Positions 30,961 to 40,803 of a stretch of 64,000 nt of DNA are shown in pieces. A program made the position numbers and the translations under genes. Each line of letters starts with the position of its first letter. The stretch's first letter is position 1. The DNA lies in NCBI GenBank assembly GCA_964629475.1, contig CAZVQW010000015.1, forward strand, positions 7,248-71,247, written 5' to 3'. Source of the DNA: an uncultured Chromatiaceae bacterium (GTDB taxonomy: Bacteria > Pseudomonadota > Gammaproteobacteria > Steroidobacterales > GCA-2729495). The notes below the pieces were generated by a model. The model ran no database searches. It was not told where the DNA came from and saw nothing but the letters and a program-made list of their open reading frames with translations.

Positions 30961-31032
30961 ACTGTGGGAGCGGCTTTAGCCGCGATTCGATATTCATGGC
31001 GGGCCGATCGCGACTAAAGCCGCTCCCACAGT
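30961..31032. repeat. REP-like palindromic element (26-bp arms, 20-bp spacer)
   Basis: ACTGTGGGAGCGGCTTTAGCCGCGAT ... ATCGCGACTAAAGCCGCTCCCACAGT, with one mismatch. Each arm contains its own small palindrome (GCGGC-TTTA-GCCGC). Confidence 0.85.
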
Positions 31033-31127
31033 TAAGTCGGCCCATTTTTTTACCAATTCAAGGGTACTGAGCCAAATGTACTCGGGTACAATGTGCGCCC
31101 CCAGCAACCTGTGAACGGAGATTGTGC

Positions 31128-32390
31128 ATGTACGAGGGTGATTGGACAGTCGGCTCGTTTGATCCTGAACTGGCCGAAGCCATTGCTCAGGAAGAGCGGC
31201 GTCAGGAAGAGAATATCGAGCTGATTGCTTCGGAGAATTACGCCAGCCCGCGTGTCATGGAAGCACAAGGTTCGGTTCTGACGAACAAGTATGCGGAAGG
31301 CTATCCGGGGCGGCGTTACTACGGTGGTTGCGAGTACGTCGATATGGCTGAGCGGCTGGCCATCGATCGGGCCTGCAAGCTGTTCGATGCCGATTACGCG
31401 AACGTACAGCCGCATTCCGGTTCGCAGGCCAATGCCGCCGTCTACCTGGCCTTGTTACAGCCCGGTGACACCGTGCTCGGCATGAGCCTGGCCGAAGGCG
31501 GGCATCTGACGCATGGTTCTCCGGTTAATTTCTCCGGCCGCCTGTTCAATATCGTCTCGTATGGCGTCGATGATGATGGTTTGATCGACTATGACAATGT
31601 AGCGGCACTGGCTGAGGAGCATCGGCCGAAGATGATCATCGCCGGTTTTTCGGCATACTCGCGTGTCGTGGACTGGCAGCGCTTTCGTGACATTGCGGAT
31701 GCGGTCGGCGCGTACCTTTTCGTCGACATGGCGCATGTGGCCGGGCTCGTTGCAGCCGGTGAATATCCGAGCCCGGTGCAGATTGCCGATGTGACGACGA
31801 CGACGACGCACAAGACACTGCGCGGCCCGCGCGGTGGCCTGATTCTCGCGAAGAAAAACGATGAGCTGACAAAGAAATTCAACTCCCTCGTATTTCCCGG
31901 CACCCAGGGTGGCCCGTTGATGCACGTGATCGCGGCCAAGGCCGTCGCATTTTTAGAGGCGATGCAGCCGGAGTTTGTTGACTACCAGAAGCGGGTACGT
32001 GAAAACGCCAGTGCGATGGCCGCCGGACTGCAGGCGCGTGGGTTCAAAATAGTCTCAGGTGGTACTGATAATCATATGTTTTTGTTAGATTTGATTGACA
32101 AAGGTATTACCGGAAAGGATGCTGATGCAGCACTCGACCGGGCCCAGATCACCGTTAATAAGAATGCCGTGCCGAAGGATCCGCAATCACCGTTTGTGAC
32201 CAGTGGATTGCGGTTGGGTACGCCGGCCGTCACGACACGCGGATTTGGCGCTGCGGAAATTGCGCAGCTGACGAACTGGATCGCAGACATTCTCGACGAT
32301 CTCAATAACGAAGAGACGATCGCGCGCGTACGCGGTCAGGTTCTGGAATTGTGCAAGCAGTTTCCCGTCTATCAGGCAACGGGTAAATAA
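31128..32390 (+). CDS. glyA: Serine hydroxymethyltransferase
   Basis: LIASENY and the PLP-lysine block [17 protein letters not shown] 31128 follows GGAG by 8 nt. Confidence 0.95.
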   Translation: MYEGDWTVGSFDPELAEAIAQEERRQEENIELIASENYASPRVMEAQGSVLTNKYAEGYPGRRYYGGCEYVDMAERLAIDRACKLFDADYANVQPHSGSQANAAVYLALLQPGDTVLGMSLAEGGHLTHGSPVNFSGRLFNIVSYGVDDDGLIDYDNVAALAEEHRPKMIIAGFSAYSRVVDWQRFRDIADAVGAYLFVDMAHVAGLVAAGEYPSPVQIADVTTTTTHKTLRGPRGGLILAKKNDELTKKFNSLVFPGTQGGPLMHVIAAKAVAFLEAMQPEFVDYQKRVRENASAMAAGLQARGFKIVSGGTDNHMFLLDLIDKGITGKDADAALDRAQITVNKNAVPKDPQSPFVTSGLRLGTPAVTTRGFGAAEIAQLTNWIADILDDLNNEETIARVRGQVLELCKQFPVYQATGK

Positions 32391-32425
32391 CCGGAACCGA
32401 GCCATTGCGGCTTGATCAGTAATCG

Positions 32426-32935
32426 ATGCATTGCCCGTTCTGCAGCCATACGGAAACCAAGGTAATCGACTCGCGACTGACCGGCGAGGGTCGGCAGGTG
32501 CGGCGGCGCCGTGAGTGCCTGAGCTGCAACGAACGCTATACGACGTTCGAGACCGCAGAACTCGTTATGCCACGGTTGGTCAAGCGTGATCGCGCACGTG
32601 AACCGTTCGACGAGGCAAAGTTGCGCAGTGGCATGGTTCGGGCGCTCGAGCGGCGGCCGGTCAATGCCGAGGCAATCGAGGAATCGATCACCCGAATTAT
32701 TCATGCGATGCAGACGCTGGGGGAACGCGAGGTGGCATCGCGCGTGGTCGGCGAGATGGTCATGGAGGAGTTGCGGGCGCTCGATGAAGTTGCCTATGTG
32801 CGATTCGCATCTGTGTATCGCCGGTTCCAGGATATCACCGAGTTCCAGGATGAGATCGAGCGGTTGCGCGACGTGACCGACGAAGAACGCCGGCGGGATC
32901 AGCTGTCTTTGTTACCCGATGACCCCAAGTCATGA
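32426..32935 (+). CDS. nrdR: Transcriptional repressor NrdR
   Basis: [17 protein letters not shown]...[12 protein letters not shown] zinc ribbon plus an ATP-cone. Confidence 0.95.
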   Translation: MHCPFCSHTETKVIDSRLTGEGRQVRRRRECLSCNERYTTFETAELVMPRLVKRDRAREPFDEAKLRSGMVRALERRPVNAEAIEESITRIIHAMQTLGEREVASRVVGEMVMEELRALDEVAYVRFASVYRRFQDITEFQDEIERLRDVTDEERRRDQLSLLPDDPKS

Positions 32936-34023
32936 CCGGCGAACAGGATCATACATTCATGGCACGGGCGTTACGCCTGGCAAAGCGCGGTTTGTATACG
33001 ACAGATCCCAATCCTCGCGTCGGCTGTGTGCTGGTCAACGGCGATTCGATCGTCGGCGAAGGTTGGCATGAACGAACAGGTGGCCCGCATGCCGAACGCG
33101 TGGCGCTGGATGCGGCTGGTGAAAGCGCTCGGGGAGCGACAGCCTATGTGACGCTCGAGCCGTGTTGCCACCACGGCCGGACATCACCGTGTACGGATGC
33201 ATTGATCGCAGCCGGTATTGTGCGCGTCGTGTTTGCATCCGAAGATCCGAATCCGGACGTGTCGGGGGGCGGTGCGCGACAGCTGATCGATGCCGGCATC
33301 GATGTGGTCGGCGGTGTGATGTCTGCTGGTGCCGATACCTGGAACGTAGGCTACATCAAGCGCAGGCGCACCGGGCGGCCGTATGTGCGCAGCAAGATCG
33401 CCACGAGTCTGGATGGGCGCACCGCGCTGGCGAATGGAGCGAGCCAATGGATTACCGGTCCGGCGGCACGCGCCGATGTGCAGCGGTTACGTGCGCGCAG
33501 TTCCGCCGTGTTGACCGGTGTCGGCACGATTCTGAGCGACGACCCGTCACTGAACGTGCGTGATGCTGCGCTCGGTAATGTGCTGCAACCGATGCGCGTG
33601 ATTGCCGATTCCCGGCTCAGGACACCGGTCGATGCCAGGACGCTCGGGTTGCCGGGGGCAGTACGAATTTATTGTGTTGACGGTCAGGTTGCCAACGATC
33701 TTTCGGCGGCCGGCGCCGAAGTCGAGGTCGTCGCCGCAGTTGACGGGCGTGCCAGCCTGCCGGCACTGCTCGATAGTCTCGGCGTGTTGCAAATCAATGA
33801 ACTGCTCGTCGAGGCCGGTCCCGGGCTGAATGGCGCCCTGATGACGGCAGGGCTGATCGACGAACTGATTGTTTATTCGGCGTCCCATATACTCGGTTCG
33901 GGCGCACGCGGCATGTTCGATGGTCCGTTGCTGGAAACGATGGCCGAACGTGTCGAGTTGCAGCTGGTGGATCTGCGCCGTGTCGGTGACGATTGTCGTC
34001 TGACTTATCGCATGGTTCGGTAG
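32932..34023 (+). CDS. ribD: Bifunctional riboflavin biosynthesis deaminase/reductase RibD
   Basis: Deaminase motif HAERVAL...[14 protein letters not shown] followed by a reductase domain. 4-nt overlap with nrdR. Confidence 0.9.
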   Translation: MTGEQDHTFMARALRLAKRGLYTTDPNPRVGCVLVNGDSIVGEGWHERTGGPHAERVALDAAGESARGATAYVTLEPCCHHGRTSPCTDALIAAGIVRVVFASEDPNPDVSGGGARQLIDAGIDVVGGVMSAGADTWNVGYIKRRRTGRPYVRSKIATSLDGRTALANGASQWITGPAARADVQRLRARSSAVLTGVGTILSDDPSLNVRDAALGNVLQPMRVIADSRLRTPVDARTLGLPGAVRIYCVDGQVANDLSAAGAEVEVVAAVDGRASLPALLDSLGVLQINELLVEAGPGLNGALMTAGLIDELIVYSASHILGSGARGMFDGPLLETMAERVELQLVDLRRVGDDCRLTYRMVR

Positions 34024-34048
34024 AGCGTATTCGGAAAAGGATTTTTTA

Positions 34049-34645
34049 ATGTTTACCGGAATTGTAAAAGCCATCGGGCAAATCTCGGCGATCGAAGATC
34101 GCGGTGGCGATCTTCGCTTGCGGATCGAGACCGGTGAACTCGATCTCGATAACCTGCAGCTCGGTGACAGTATTGCGGTCAATGGTGTCTGCCTGACCGC
34201 CGTCGAATTCGATGCGCAATCGTTTGCCGCCGATGTTTCAGTGGAAACACTGTCGGCAACGACACTGGGTGGTCTCGGTACGACGAGCCCGGTGAACCTC
34301 GAACGGTCGCTGACGCTGGCCGATTCGCTCGGCGGGCATCTCGTGTCCGGGCATGTTGACGGTGTCGGACGTGTGGTATCGCTCGAGCCGGATGCGCGCT
34401 CGACACGCCTCGGCTTCGAGATCGATTCTTCCCTGACGCGTTATGTAGCCCGCAAGGGGTCGGTTACCGTCGACGGTACGAGCCTGACCGTCAATGACGT
34501 TGCGGGGAGTGAATTCTTCGTCAATATCGTGCCCCATACGCTGGAACGGACTATCATGGGGCAATACGAGCAGGGCCATCGGGTCAATATCGAGGTCGAC
34601 CTGGTTGCCCGTTATATAGAGCGATTAATAACAAAGTCAGAATGA
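34049..34645 (+). CDS. ribE: Riboflavin synthase
   Basis: MFTGIVKAIGQI... with the internal duplicated lumazine-binding repeat (GDSIAVNGVCLT / GSVTVDGTSLT). Confidence 0.9.
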   Translation: MFTGIVKAIGQISAIEDRGGDLRLRIETGELDLDNLQLGDSIAVNGVCLTAVEFDAQSFAADVSVETLSATTLGGLGTTSPVNLERSLTLADSLGGHLVSGHVDGVGRVVSLEPDARSTRLGFEIDSSLTRYVARKGSVTVDGTSLTVNDVAGSEFFVNIVPHTLERTIMGQYEQGHRVNIEVDLVARYIERLITKSE

Positions 34646-34646
34646 T

Positions 34647-35789
34647 ATGTTGAAAACGGCAGACGACAGCTTCGCATTTAGCGCCATCGGCGAAATTATT
34701 CAGGATTTACGTGACGGCAAGATGGTCATCATTGTCGATGATGAGGATCGCGAGAACGAAGGCGACCTGATCATGGCCGCATCGAAAGTCAGGACTGAAG
34801 ATGTCAATTTCATGGCGCGCTACGGTCGCGGGCTCATATGCCTGACATTGACGCGCGGACGCTGCCAGCAATTGCGCCTGCCGCTGATGGTGCACGATAC
34901 CGATGAAAATCAGGCGACGAATTTCACCGTGTCGATCGAGGCGGCCGAGGGCATCACGACCGGTATCTCGGCACATGATCGTGCGCGCACCGTGCGCGTG
35001 GCGGTGGCGCCGGATGCGCGGCCGGGCGATTTGCGTCAGCCCGGCCATGTTTTCCCGCTGATGGCCCAGCCCGGTGGTGTATTAACACGTGCCGGTCATA
35101 CCGAAGCCGGCTGTGATCTGACCAGGCTTGCGGGTTTTGAATCTGCTGCGATGATCGTCGAGATTCTGAATGAAGACGGCACGATGGCGCGGCGTCCACA
35201 GCTCGAAATTTTTGCTCGCGAGCACCAGTTGAAGATCGGCAGTATTGCCGACCTGATTCGCTATCGGATCGAAAACGAACAATCCGTCGAGCAAATTTCG
35301 CGGCAGACAGTGACCACCGAATTTGGCGAGTTCGAACTCGTCTGTTTCGAGGATCATGTCAACCGGAACGTGCACCTGGCTTTGATCAAGGGTGACCTGT
35401 CGGCCGGGTCGCCACCGCTGGTTCGGGTTCATTTGCAGAACACGCTCGGTGATGTCGTCGGCATTGACAGCCCGCGCCTGGGCTGGCCATTGCGTTCAGC
35501 CATGCAACGTGTTGCTAACGCCGGGCATGGCGTAGTTGTGATCCTGCGCCATGATGAATCACCGGGTCATCTCGCCGCGGCGATTCGGTCTCTGTCTGAG
35601 ACCACGGTGCAGGATTTTCCGGCAGGGGCCAACACCGGTACTGCGACTTTACGCACCTACGGTACCGGCGCACAGATTCTGCGCAGCCTGGGTGTTACAA
35701 AAATGCGGGTGTTGAGTGCGCCGAAACACATGCACGGTATTTCCGGCTTCGGCCTGGAAGTCGTCGAGTATGTCGATGAACCGGACTGA
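34647..35789 (+). CDS. ribBA: 3,4-dihydroxy-2-butanone-4-phosphate synthase fused to a GTP cyclohydrolase II-like domain
   Basis: The DHBP synthase block [16 protein letters not shown]...HTEAGCDL plus a C-terminal RibA-like domain. Confidence 0.9.
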   Translation: MLKTADDSFAFSAIGEIIQDLRDGKMVIIVDDEDRENEGDLIMAASKVRTEDVNFMARYGRGLICLTLTRGRCQQLRLPLMVHDTDENQATNFTVSIEAAEGITTGISAHDRARTVRVAVAPDARPGDLRQPGHVFPLMAQPGGVLTRAGHTEAGCDLTRLAGFESAAMIVEILNEDGTMARRPQLEIFAREHQLKIGSIADLIRYRIENEQSVEQISRQTVTTEFGEFELVCFEDHVNRNVHLALIKGDLSAGSPPLVRVHLQNTLGDVVGIDSPRLGWPLRSAMQRVANAGHGVVVILRHDESPGHLAAAIRSLSETTVQDFPAGANTGTATLRTYGTGAQILRSLGVTKMRVLSAPKHMHGISGFGLEVVEYVDEPD

Positions 35790-35855
35790 CGATGAGTGGA
35801 CCCGGAAACGGGTAATGCTCATCGTGAACACAACTACAGAATGACGGGTCGGATT

Positions 35856-36323
35856 ATGAGAACAACAGAAGGTCAATTGATCATCCGCGATGAACGCGTT
35901 GCAATTATCGCCGCGCGCTTTAACGAGAGTATTGTCGAGCATCTCATCAGTGGCGCCATCGATGCGCTCAAGCGGCACGGTGCCGGCGATACCCAGTTGC
36001 AGCTCATTCATGTGCCCGGCGCGTATGAGTTGCCGCTTGCGGCGCAGCGCCTGGCGAAGACGCGTCAGGTCGATGCGATCGTTGCATTGGGTGTCGTGAT
36101 TCGCGGTGCGACGCCACATTTCGATTATGTTTGCAGTGAATGCGCCAGTGGCCTGAGTCGTGTCAGCCTGGAGCACGATGTGCCGATCGGCTTTGGCGTC
36201 TTGACCTGCGACACGATTGAGCAGGCTGTCGAGCGGGCCGGCACTAAGGCCGGTAACAAGGGTGCCGATGCGGCAATGGCAGCGATCGAGATGATCAGTG
36301 TCCTGCAGCAGCTCGGTGACTAG
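35856..36323 (+). CDS. ribH: 6,7-dimethyl-8-ribityllumazine synthase
   Basis: [16 protein letters not shown]...VPGAYELP...[14 protein letters not shown]. The start at Met21 of the track ORF gives the usual ~155 aa. Confidence 0.9.
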   Translation: MRTTEGQLIIRDERVAIIAARFNESIVEHLISGAIDALKRHGAGDTQLQLIHVPGAYELPLAAQRLAKTRQVDAIVALGVVIRGATPHFDYVCSECASGLSRVSLEHDVPIGFGVLTCDTIEQAVERAGTKAGNKGADAAMAAIEMISVLQQLGD

Positions 36324-36334
36324 GTAATACGCTG

Positions 36335-36745
36335 ATGACACATGCACAGGGCCGCCATGGGGCCCGGCGCCTGCTGTTGCAGGCGCTATATCAGGAGCAG
36401 ATCGCCGGCCACGATCGCGCGGAACTGATCAGGCAATTTTCTTCACGCGATGAATTCGCCGCCGCGGACGGCGATTATTTTCGTGTCGTATTAACGGATG
36501 TCTTGTCGCGCACCGCTACATTGGATGAGATCCTCGATGATTTGCTGGATCGGCCGATCGTGCAGCTGGACCCGGTTGAGCACGCGTTGTTATGGATCGG
36601 CGTGTCGGAACTGTCGTCGCAAAGCGAGGTGCCGGCTAACGTAATAATCAACGAAGCGGTCGAACTGGCGAAGGAATTTGGCGGTCAGGACAGTTTCCGC
36701 TATATCAACGCGGTATTGGATAAGGCGTCGAAATCTTTGCGCTAG
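36335..36745 (+). CDS. nusB: Transcription antitermination factor NusB
   Basis: ARRLLLQALYQ...INEAVELAKEFGG...FINAVLDK-type motifs. Position after ribH is as in many proteobacteria. Confidence 0.9.
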   Translation: MTHAQGRHGARRLLLQALYQEQIAGHDRAELIRQFSSRDEFAAADGDYFRVVLTDVLSRTATLDEILDDLLDRPIVQLDPVEHALLWIGVSELSSQSEVPANVIINEAVELAKEFGGQDSFRYINAVLDKASKSLR

Positions 36746-36784
36746 TACGTCATCCATATCGCCTTGATGGAGTACCGGTTTTGC

Positions 36785-37729
36785 ATGGATGAGTTTTCGT
36801 TAATTGATCAATTTTTCGCGGGGAGAAGTATCGCCCGTAATGATGTCCGGCTTGGTATCGGTGATGATGCCGCCGTGACGCGGTGCGATCCCGGCTTCGA
36901 TCTTGTTATTGCGACTGATACGATCTGCGAGGGCACTCACTACCCGCCGGGAACCCCGCCGCATGTTCTCGGTCATCGTTGTCTCGCCGTAAATCTAAGT
37001 GACCTGGCTGCAATGGGCGCCGAGCCCCTTTGGTGCACACTCGCAATTAGCCTGCCGGAAGCCGAGCCGGATTGGGTCAGACAATTTGCCGAGGGATTTT
37101 TTGCGCTCGCCGATCGCTTCGGTATTGCGTTAATTGGCGGCGACACGGTTTGTGGCCCGTCGGCGATGACTGTTACGGTTCACGGCCGCGTCAAGCCGGG
37201 TGCGGCGATTCGTCGCGACGGTGCACGAGACGGTGATCTGATCTACGTGACCGGCGCGCCGGGACAGGCCGCCGCCGGCCTGTGCGCATTAACTGCATCC
37301 GGCGCAGCCGTGCAAGACCAAAGCTCACCACAGGTGCAGCGTTTCCAGTACCCGGAGCCGCGTGTCACCCAAGGCCGCGCTCTCTGTGGTCTGGCGACGG
37401 CAATGATCGATGTGTCGGATGGCCTGCGGGTCGATGCGACGCGGTTGCTTAAGGCCAGTGGGCTGGGTGCGGAGATGGACATCGGTGATCTGCCGCTGGA
37501 TGAGGTCAGGACGAATGATGCACTTGAACTGGCGCTCAACGGCGGCGACGACTACGAGTTGTGTTTCTGCATTCCGGCGGCCCGCGAGGCCGAACTTGTG
37601 CGACTGGTCGCTACCTGGCCCTGTCGCGTCACGCGGATAGGTACGGCACGCCGAAGCGCCGACATCGTTTGGCTTAATGACGGACAGCCATGTAATACTG
37701 TTGCCGGATCATTTGAACATTTTTCCTGA
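36785..37729 (+). CDS. thiL: Thiamine-monophosphate kinase
   Basis: MDEFSLIDQFF...GIGDDAAV...NLSDLAAMGA motifs. The start is chosen at Met8 of the track ORF. Confidence 0.85.
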   Translation: MDEFSLIDQFFAGRSIARNDVRLGIGDDAAVTRCDPGFDLVIATDTICEGTHYPPGTPPHVLGHRCLAVNLSDLAAMGAEPLWCTLAISLPEAEPDWVRQFAEGFFALADRFGIALIGGDTVCGPSAMTVTVHGRVKPGAAIRRDGARDGDLIYVTGAPGQAAAGLCALTASGAAVQDQSSPQVQRFQYPEPRVTQGRALCGLATAMIDVSDGLRVDATRLLKASGLGAEMDIGDLPLDEVRTNDALELALNGGDDYELCFCIPAAREAELVRLVATWPCRVTRIGTARRSADIVWLNDGQPCNTVAGSFEHFS

Positions 37730-37771
37730 ATCCCTATGAACCCAGATACACACGACAGGGTGGCCCCGGCC

Positions 37772-37841
37772 CGTAGGAGCGGCATCTTGCCGCGATTGGC
37801 GCAGTGCTATACCTTGATCGTGGCAAGATGCCGCTCCTACG
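37772..37841. repeat. REP-like palindromic element, same architecture as 30961-31032
   Basis: CGTAGGAGCGGCATCTTGCCGCGAT, a 20-bp spacer, then ATCGTGGCAAGATGCCGCTCCTACG, with one mismatch. It shares the G(G/A)GGAGCGGC...GCCGCGAT framework with the first element. Confidence 0.85.
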
Positions 37842-37875
37842 AGAACGTATTCACGGTCAATTCTCGTAAACCCGA

Positions 37876-38385
37876 ATGAATCCTGAGATGAACAATGGGC
37901 AACCGGAAAACCTGGTTTCGACCGTGATGCGCGATCCGGTGCATTGGTTTGCATTCGGCTTCGGGTCCGGCTTGTTGCCGATCGCACCCGGTACCTGGGG
38001 TTCGTTTTTTACTGCACTGGTGTTCTGGTGGTTAGCGCCGATAGATGTTTACGTGCTGCTCGGTATTTCGGCCGTCCTGTTCGTGGCCGGCATCTGGATT
38101 TGTGGCACGAGTTCCAGGCGCCTTGGCGTACATGACCACGGTGGAATCGTCTGGGACGAGGTTGTCGGCATGCTGCTGACGCTGTCGGTTGTCCACTCCG
38201 AACCGCAGTGGATTATTGTCGCATTCCTTGCTTTTCGGGTCTTTGATGTATGGAAGCCCTGGCCGATTCGGGACGTAGATCACGGTCTGTCGGGCGGGCT
38301 GGGCATTATGCTTGATGACGTGCTGGCCGCCGGTTATGCGGCACTGGTAACGTTTATTTTGCAAAGATTTATCGCCGGACTATAG
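37876..38385 (+). CDS. pgpA: Phosphatidylglycerophosphatase A
   Basis: GFGSGLLPIAPGTWGS...VWDEVVGM...FRVFDVWKPWPI motifs. Follows thiL as in Pseudomonas and E. coli. Confidence 0.9.
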   Translation: MNPEMNNGQPENLVSTVMRDPVHWFAFGFGSGLLPIAPGTWGSFFTALVFWWLAPIDVYVLLGISAVLFVAGIWICGTSSRRLGVHDHGGIVWDEVVGMLLTLSVVHSEPQWIIVAFLAFRVFDVWKPWPIRDVDHGLSGGLGIMLDDVLAAGYAALVTFILQRFIAGL

Positions 38386-38410
38386 GGACTAAAGCTGGAA
38401 TTTTTTCATT

Positions 38411-39697
38411 ATGGCAGCGCCCGTATCGCAAAGAGTTCCATCCAGACCAATTCCCGACAAGATCGGGAAATACGTCATCATCAACAAAATCGGACAGGGT
38501 AGTACCGGTACGGTTTACTTGTCTCACGATCCCTATTTTCGGCGCGATGTAGCCATCAAGGTCTACGATGTCCAGACGGACGAGGATCCGAAAAAGGCCA
38601 GGATCGCGCGCAAGATGTTCTTCAACGAGGCCCACATGGTGGGTATGTTGCAGCACCCGAATATTTTGCCTATTTATGATGCCGGCGAAGAGAAAGACCA
38701 GTACTACGTCGTCACTGAAAACATTCAGGGTGCACGGACGCTCGAGGTGTACTGTCGCCCGGATAATCTGTTGCGCATCGACGATGTCGTCAAGATTATT
38801 TATAAGTGTGCCAAGGCACTGCATTATGCGCACAAGCGCGGTGTAATTCATCGTGATATCAAGCCGGGCAATATCATGCTGACGACAGAGAATGATGTGC
38901 GCATCATCGATTTCGGCATTGCAATCCTCAAGGATTCGGACATGTCGCGAATCGAGGGTCTTGCCGGTTCGCCAAGTTATATGTCGCCGGAACAAATAAA
39001 GTCAGCCGAGATATCGCCGGCATCGGATTTATATTCACTCGGTGCGGTCATGTATGAACTCGTGACCGGATTTCGGCCCTTCCGCGCCACTTCACTGACG
39101 CGGTTGCTTAATCAGATCATCTACGCAACCGCTGCACCGATCCATACATTGCGTGCCGATGTGCCGGAGGAATTGGAGGAACTCGTATCGGTTGCTTTGC
39201 AGAAGGATCCTGCCAAACGCTTTTCCGGAGGCGGTGAACTCGCGAGCGGGTTGACAAAGGTTTATCAGGGGCTGCAGAAGCAATACGATCAGATTGACGA
39301 TCAGGAACGCTTCAATCTGTTACGCCGGTTACGATTCTTTCACGACTTTTCTCAGACCGAGATATGGGAGCTGCTGCGCGCTAGTGACTGGGGCGAGTTT
39401 ACCGCCGGGCAAGCGATTGCCCGGGAAGGTGAGATGGATGATCGTTTCTATGTCATCGTGTCCGGACGGGTATTGATTGAGGCGAGTGAGAATGTTGTTG
39501 GCACATTCGATGCAGGTGATTGTTTCGGTGAGGCAAGTTATATCACCGATACGAAGCGTACATCGACGATCAAGGCGGAAGAAGCGGTCACGGTGTTGAG
39601 TGTTAGCGCGACATTGCTCGAACAGGTTTCGACTGAATGCCAGTTGCGGTTTAACAAGGTGTTCCTGCGTTCGTTGATTCTCAGGTTGCAGGGTTAA
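38411..39697 (+). CDS. Hanks-type Ser/Thr protein kinase fused to a C-terminal cyclic-nucleotide-binding domain
   Basis: Kinase motifs GQGSTGTVY, VAIK, HRDIKPGN, DFG and SPSYMSPE. The C-terminal cNMP domain has FYVIVSGRVLIE...GDCFGEASYI. Confidence 0.85.
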   Translation: MAAPVSQRVPSRPIPDKIGKYVIINKIGQGSTGTVYLSHDPYFRRDVAIKVYDVQTDEDPKKARIARKMFFNEAHMVGMLQHPNILPIYDAGEEKDQYYVVTENIQGARTLEVYCRPDNLLRIDDVVKIIYKCAKALHYAHKRGVIHRDIKPGNIMLTTENDVRIIDFGIAILKDSDMSRIEGLAGSPSYMSPEQIKSAEISPASDLYSLGAVMYELVTGFRPFRATSLTRLLNQIIYATAAPIHTLRADVPEELEELVSVALQKDPAKRFSGGGELASGLTKVYQGLQKQYDQIDDQERFNLLRRLRFFHDFSQTEIWELLRASDWGEFTAGQAIAREGEMDDRFYVIVSGRVLIEASENVVGTFDAGDCFGEASYITDTKRTSTIKAEEAVTVLSVSATLLEQVSTECQLRFNKVFLRSLILRLQG

Positions 39698-39736
39698 TTG
39701 ATCCGGCGTTGCCGCAACATTCGGGACTAACAGCAG

Positions 39737-39985
39737 TTATTGCCCGTCAAGATCCTCCGGAGCGATTTCCTTGAGCTCCGCATTCATCAATACCTGCACC
39801 TTCTGCTCGGCATCCGTCAACGCAGCCTGACAATTCCGGCTCAGCTTGACGCCTTTCTCGAACTGTTTCAGCGAAGCGTCCAGGCTAAGATCACCGCCCT
39901 CGAGTTGTTCAACGACCTGCTCGAGATCATGCATCGCCTTTTCCAGGTCGATCGATGGTTTTTTTGTCGTGGCCACGGGCTTCAT
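39737..39985 (-). CDS. xseB: Exodeoxyribonuclease VII small subunit
   Basis: 82 aa, LEKAMHDLEQVVEQLEGGDLSLDASLKQFEKGVKLSRNCQ. Confidence 0.9.
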   Translation of the reverse strand: MKPVATTKKPSIDLEKAMHDLEQVVEQLEGGDLSLDASLKQFEKGVKLSRNCQAALTDAEQKVQVLMNAELKEIAPEDLDGQ

Positions 39986-40077
39986 CCAGTAACAGTAACG
40001 ATTGCATAGCGTGTCATAGTGGGCGGGCGAGGGTCAACATCGATACAATGCCGGGCCTATGGCCTGTAACCGGATGT

Positions 40078-40665
40078 ATGGAAGTGGATAAACTGGAGCA
40101 AGACGATCTTTATGCTCTCGAGGCCTATGAGAAACACCGGTCCGAGTTTCGTGCCCGTGTTCTCGAGCACAAGCAACATCGCCGCTTGCAGCTCGGTGAC
40201 AATATGATCATGATTATTGAAGATCGCCTGACGATGCAATACCAGGTGCAGGAGATGTTGCGCATCGAAAAAATTTCTACCGAGGCCGGGGTCCTGGAAG
40301 AACTTGGAGCCTATAATCCGCTGATTCCTGACGGGTCGAACTGGAAGGCAACGATGATGATCGAGTATCCGGAGCTTGATGAGCGCCGCGTTGCACTTGA
40401 GCAGTTGCCTGGTATCGAGGACCGGGTCTGGGTCGGGATCGACGGCGTACAGCGGGTAATGGGTGTTGCCGACGAAGATCTGGATCGAAGTACCGACATC
40501 GAGACCTCGGCGGTGCACTTTCTGCGCTTCGAGCTACCGGCCCAGGCCGTACAGGCATTGAAAGGTGGCGCATCCCTGCTGGTTGGGGTCGACCACCCGC
40601 AGTACCAGTGCGAACAGGAAGTTGCCGAGGAAACCCGCGAATCGCTGATTGCAGATCTCGCTTAA
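40078..40665 (+). CDS. DUF3501 family protein
   Basis: MEVDKLEQDDLYALEAYEKHRSEFRARVLEHK...QVQEMLRIEKI...YNPLIPDGSNWKATMMIEY. The start at Met42 of the track ORF avoids overlap with xseB. Confidence 0.65.
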   Translation: MEVDKLEQDDLYALEAYEKHRSEFRARVLEHKQHRRLQLGDNMIMIIEDRLTMQYQVQEMLRIEKISTEAGVLEELGAYNPLIPDGSNWKATMMIEYPELDERRVALEQLPGIEDRVWVGIDGVQRVMGVADEDLDRSTDIETSAVHFLRFELPAQAVQALKGGASLLVGVDHPQYQCEQEVAEETRESLIADLA

Positions 40666-40803
40666 ACGCGCGGCATCGCATACCATTCGCAGATTGTGTG
40701 CGTCTTGTTGGGTAAGACGCTTTGTTGTTGTACCGGACCGGGTCTGTGAGCGCTGTGGGGCGTTTTCTGGTCGGCCGGTTGTTGTTGTGCTGAGTCCTGG
40801 TGA

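Noticed and set aside
34024-34650. I looked for an FMN (RFN) riboswitch ahead of the rib genes.
   Set aside because: The intergenic gaps in nrdR-ribD-ribE-ribBA-ribH are 1-35 nt or are overlaps, which is too short for an RFN element of about 140 nt.
38369-38995. A 208-aa minus-strand ORF, plus similar long antisense ORFs at 35649..36347, 15645..16520, 20503..21084, 55759..56559, 59123..59890, 19272..19745 and 33547..34182.
   Set aside because: Each is fully antisense to a gene with clear family motifs (kinase, ribH, purL, lipoprotein, asd, fimV, DUF3106, ribD/ribE). The translations are Arg/His/Pro-rich with no motifs. These are typical shadow ORFs of GC-rich DNA.
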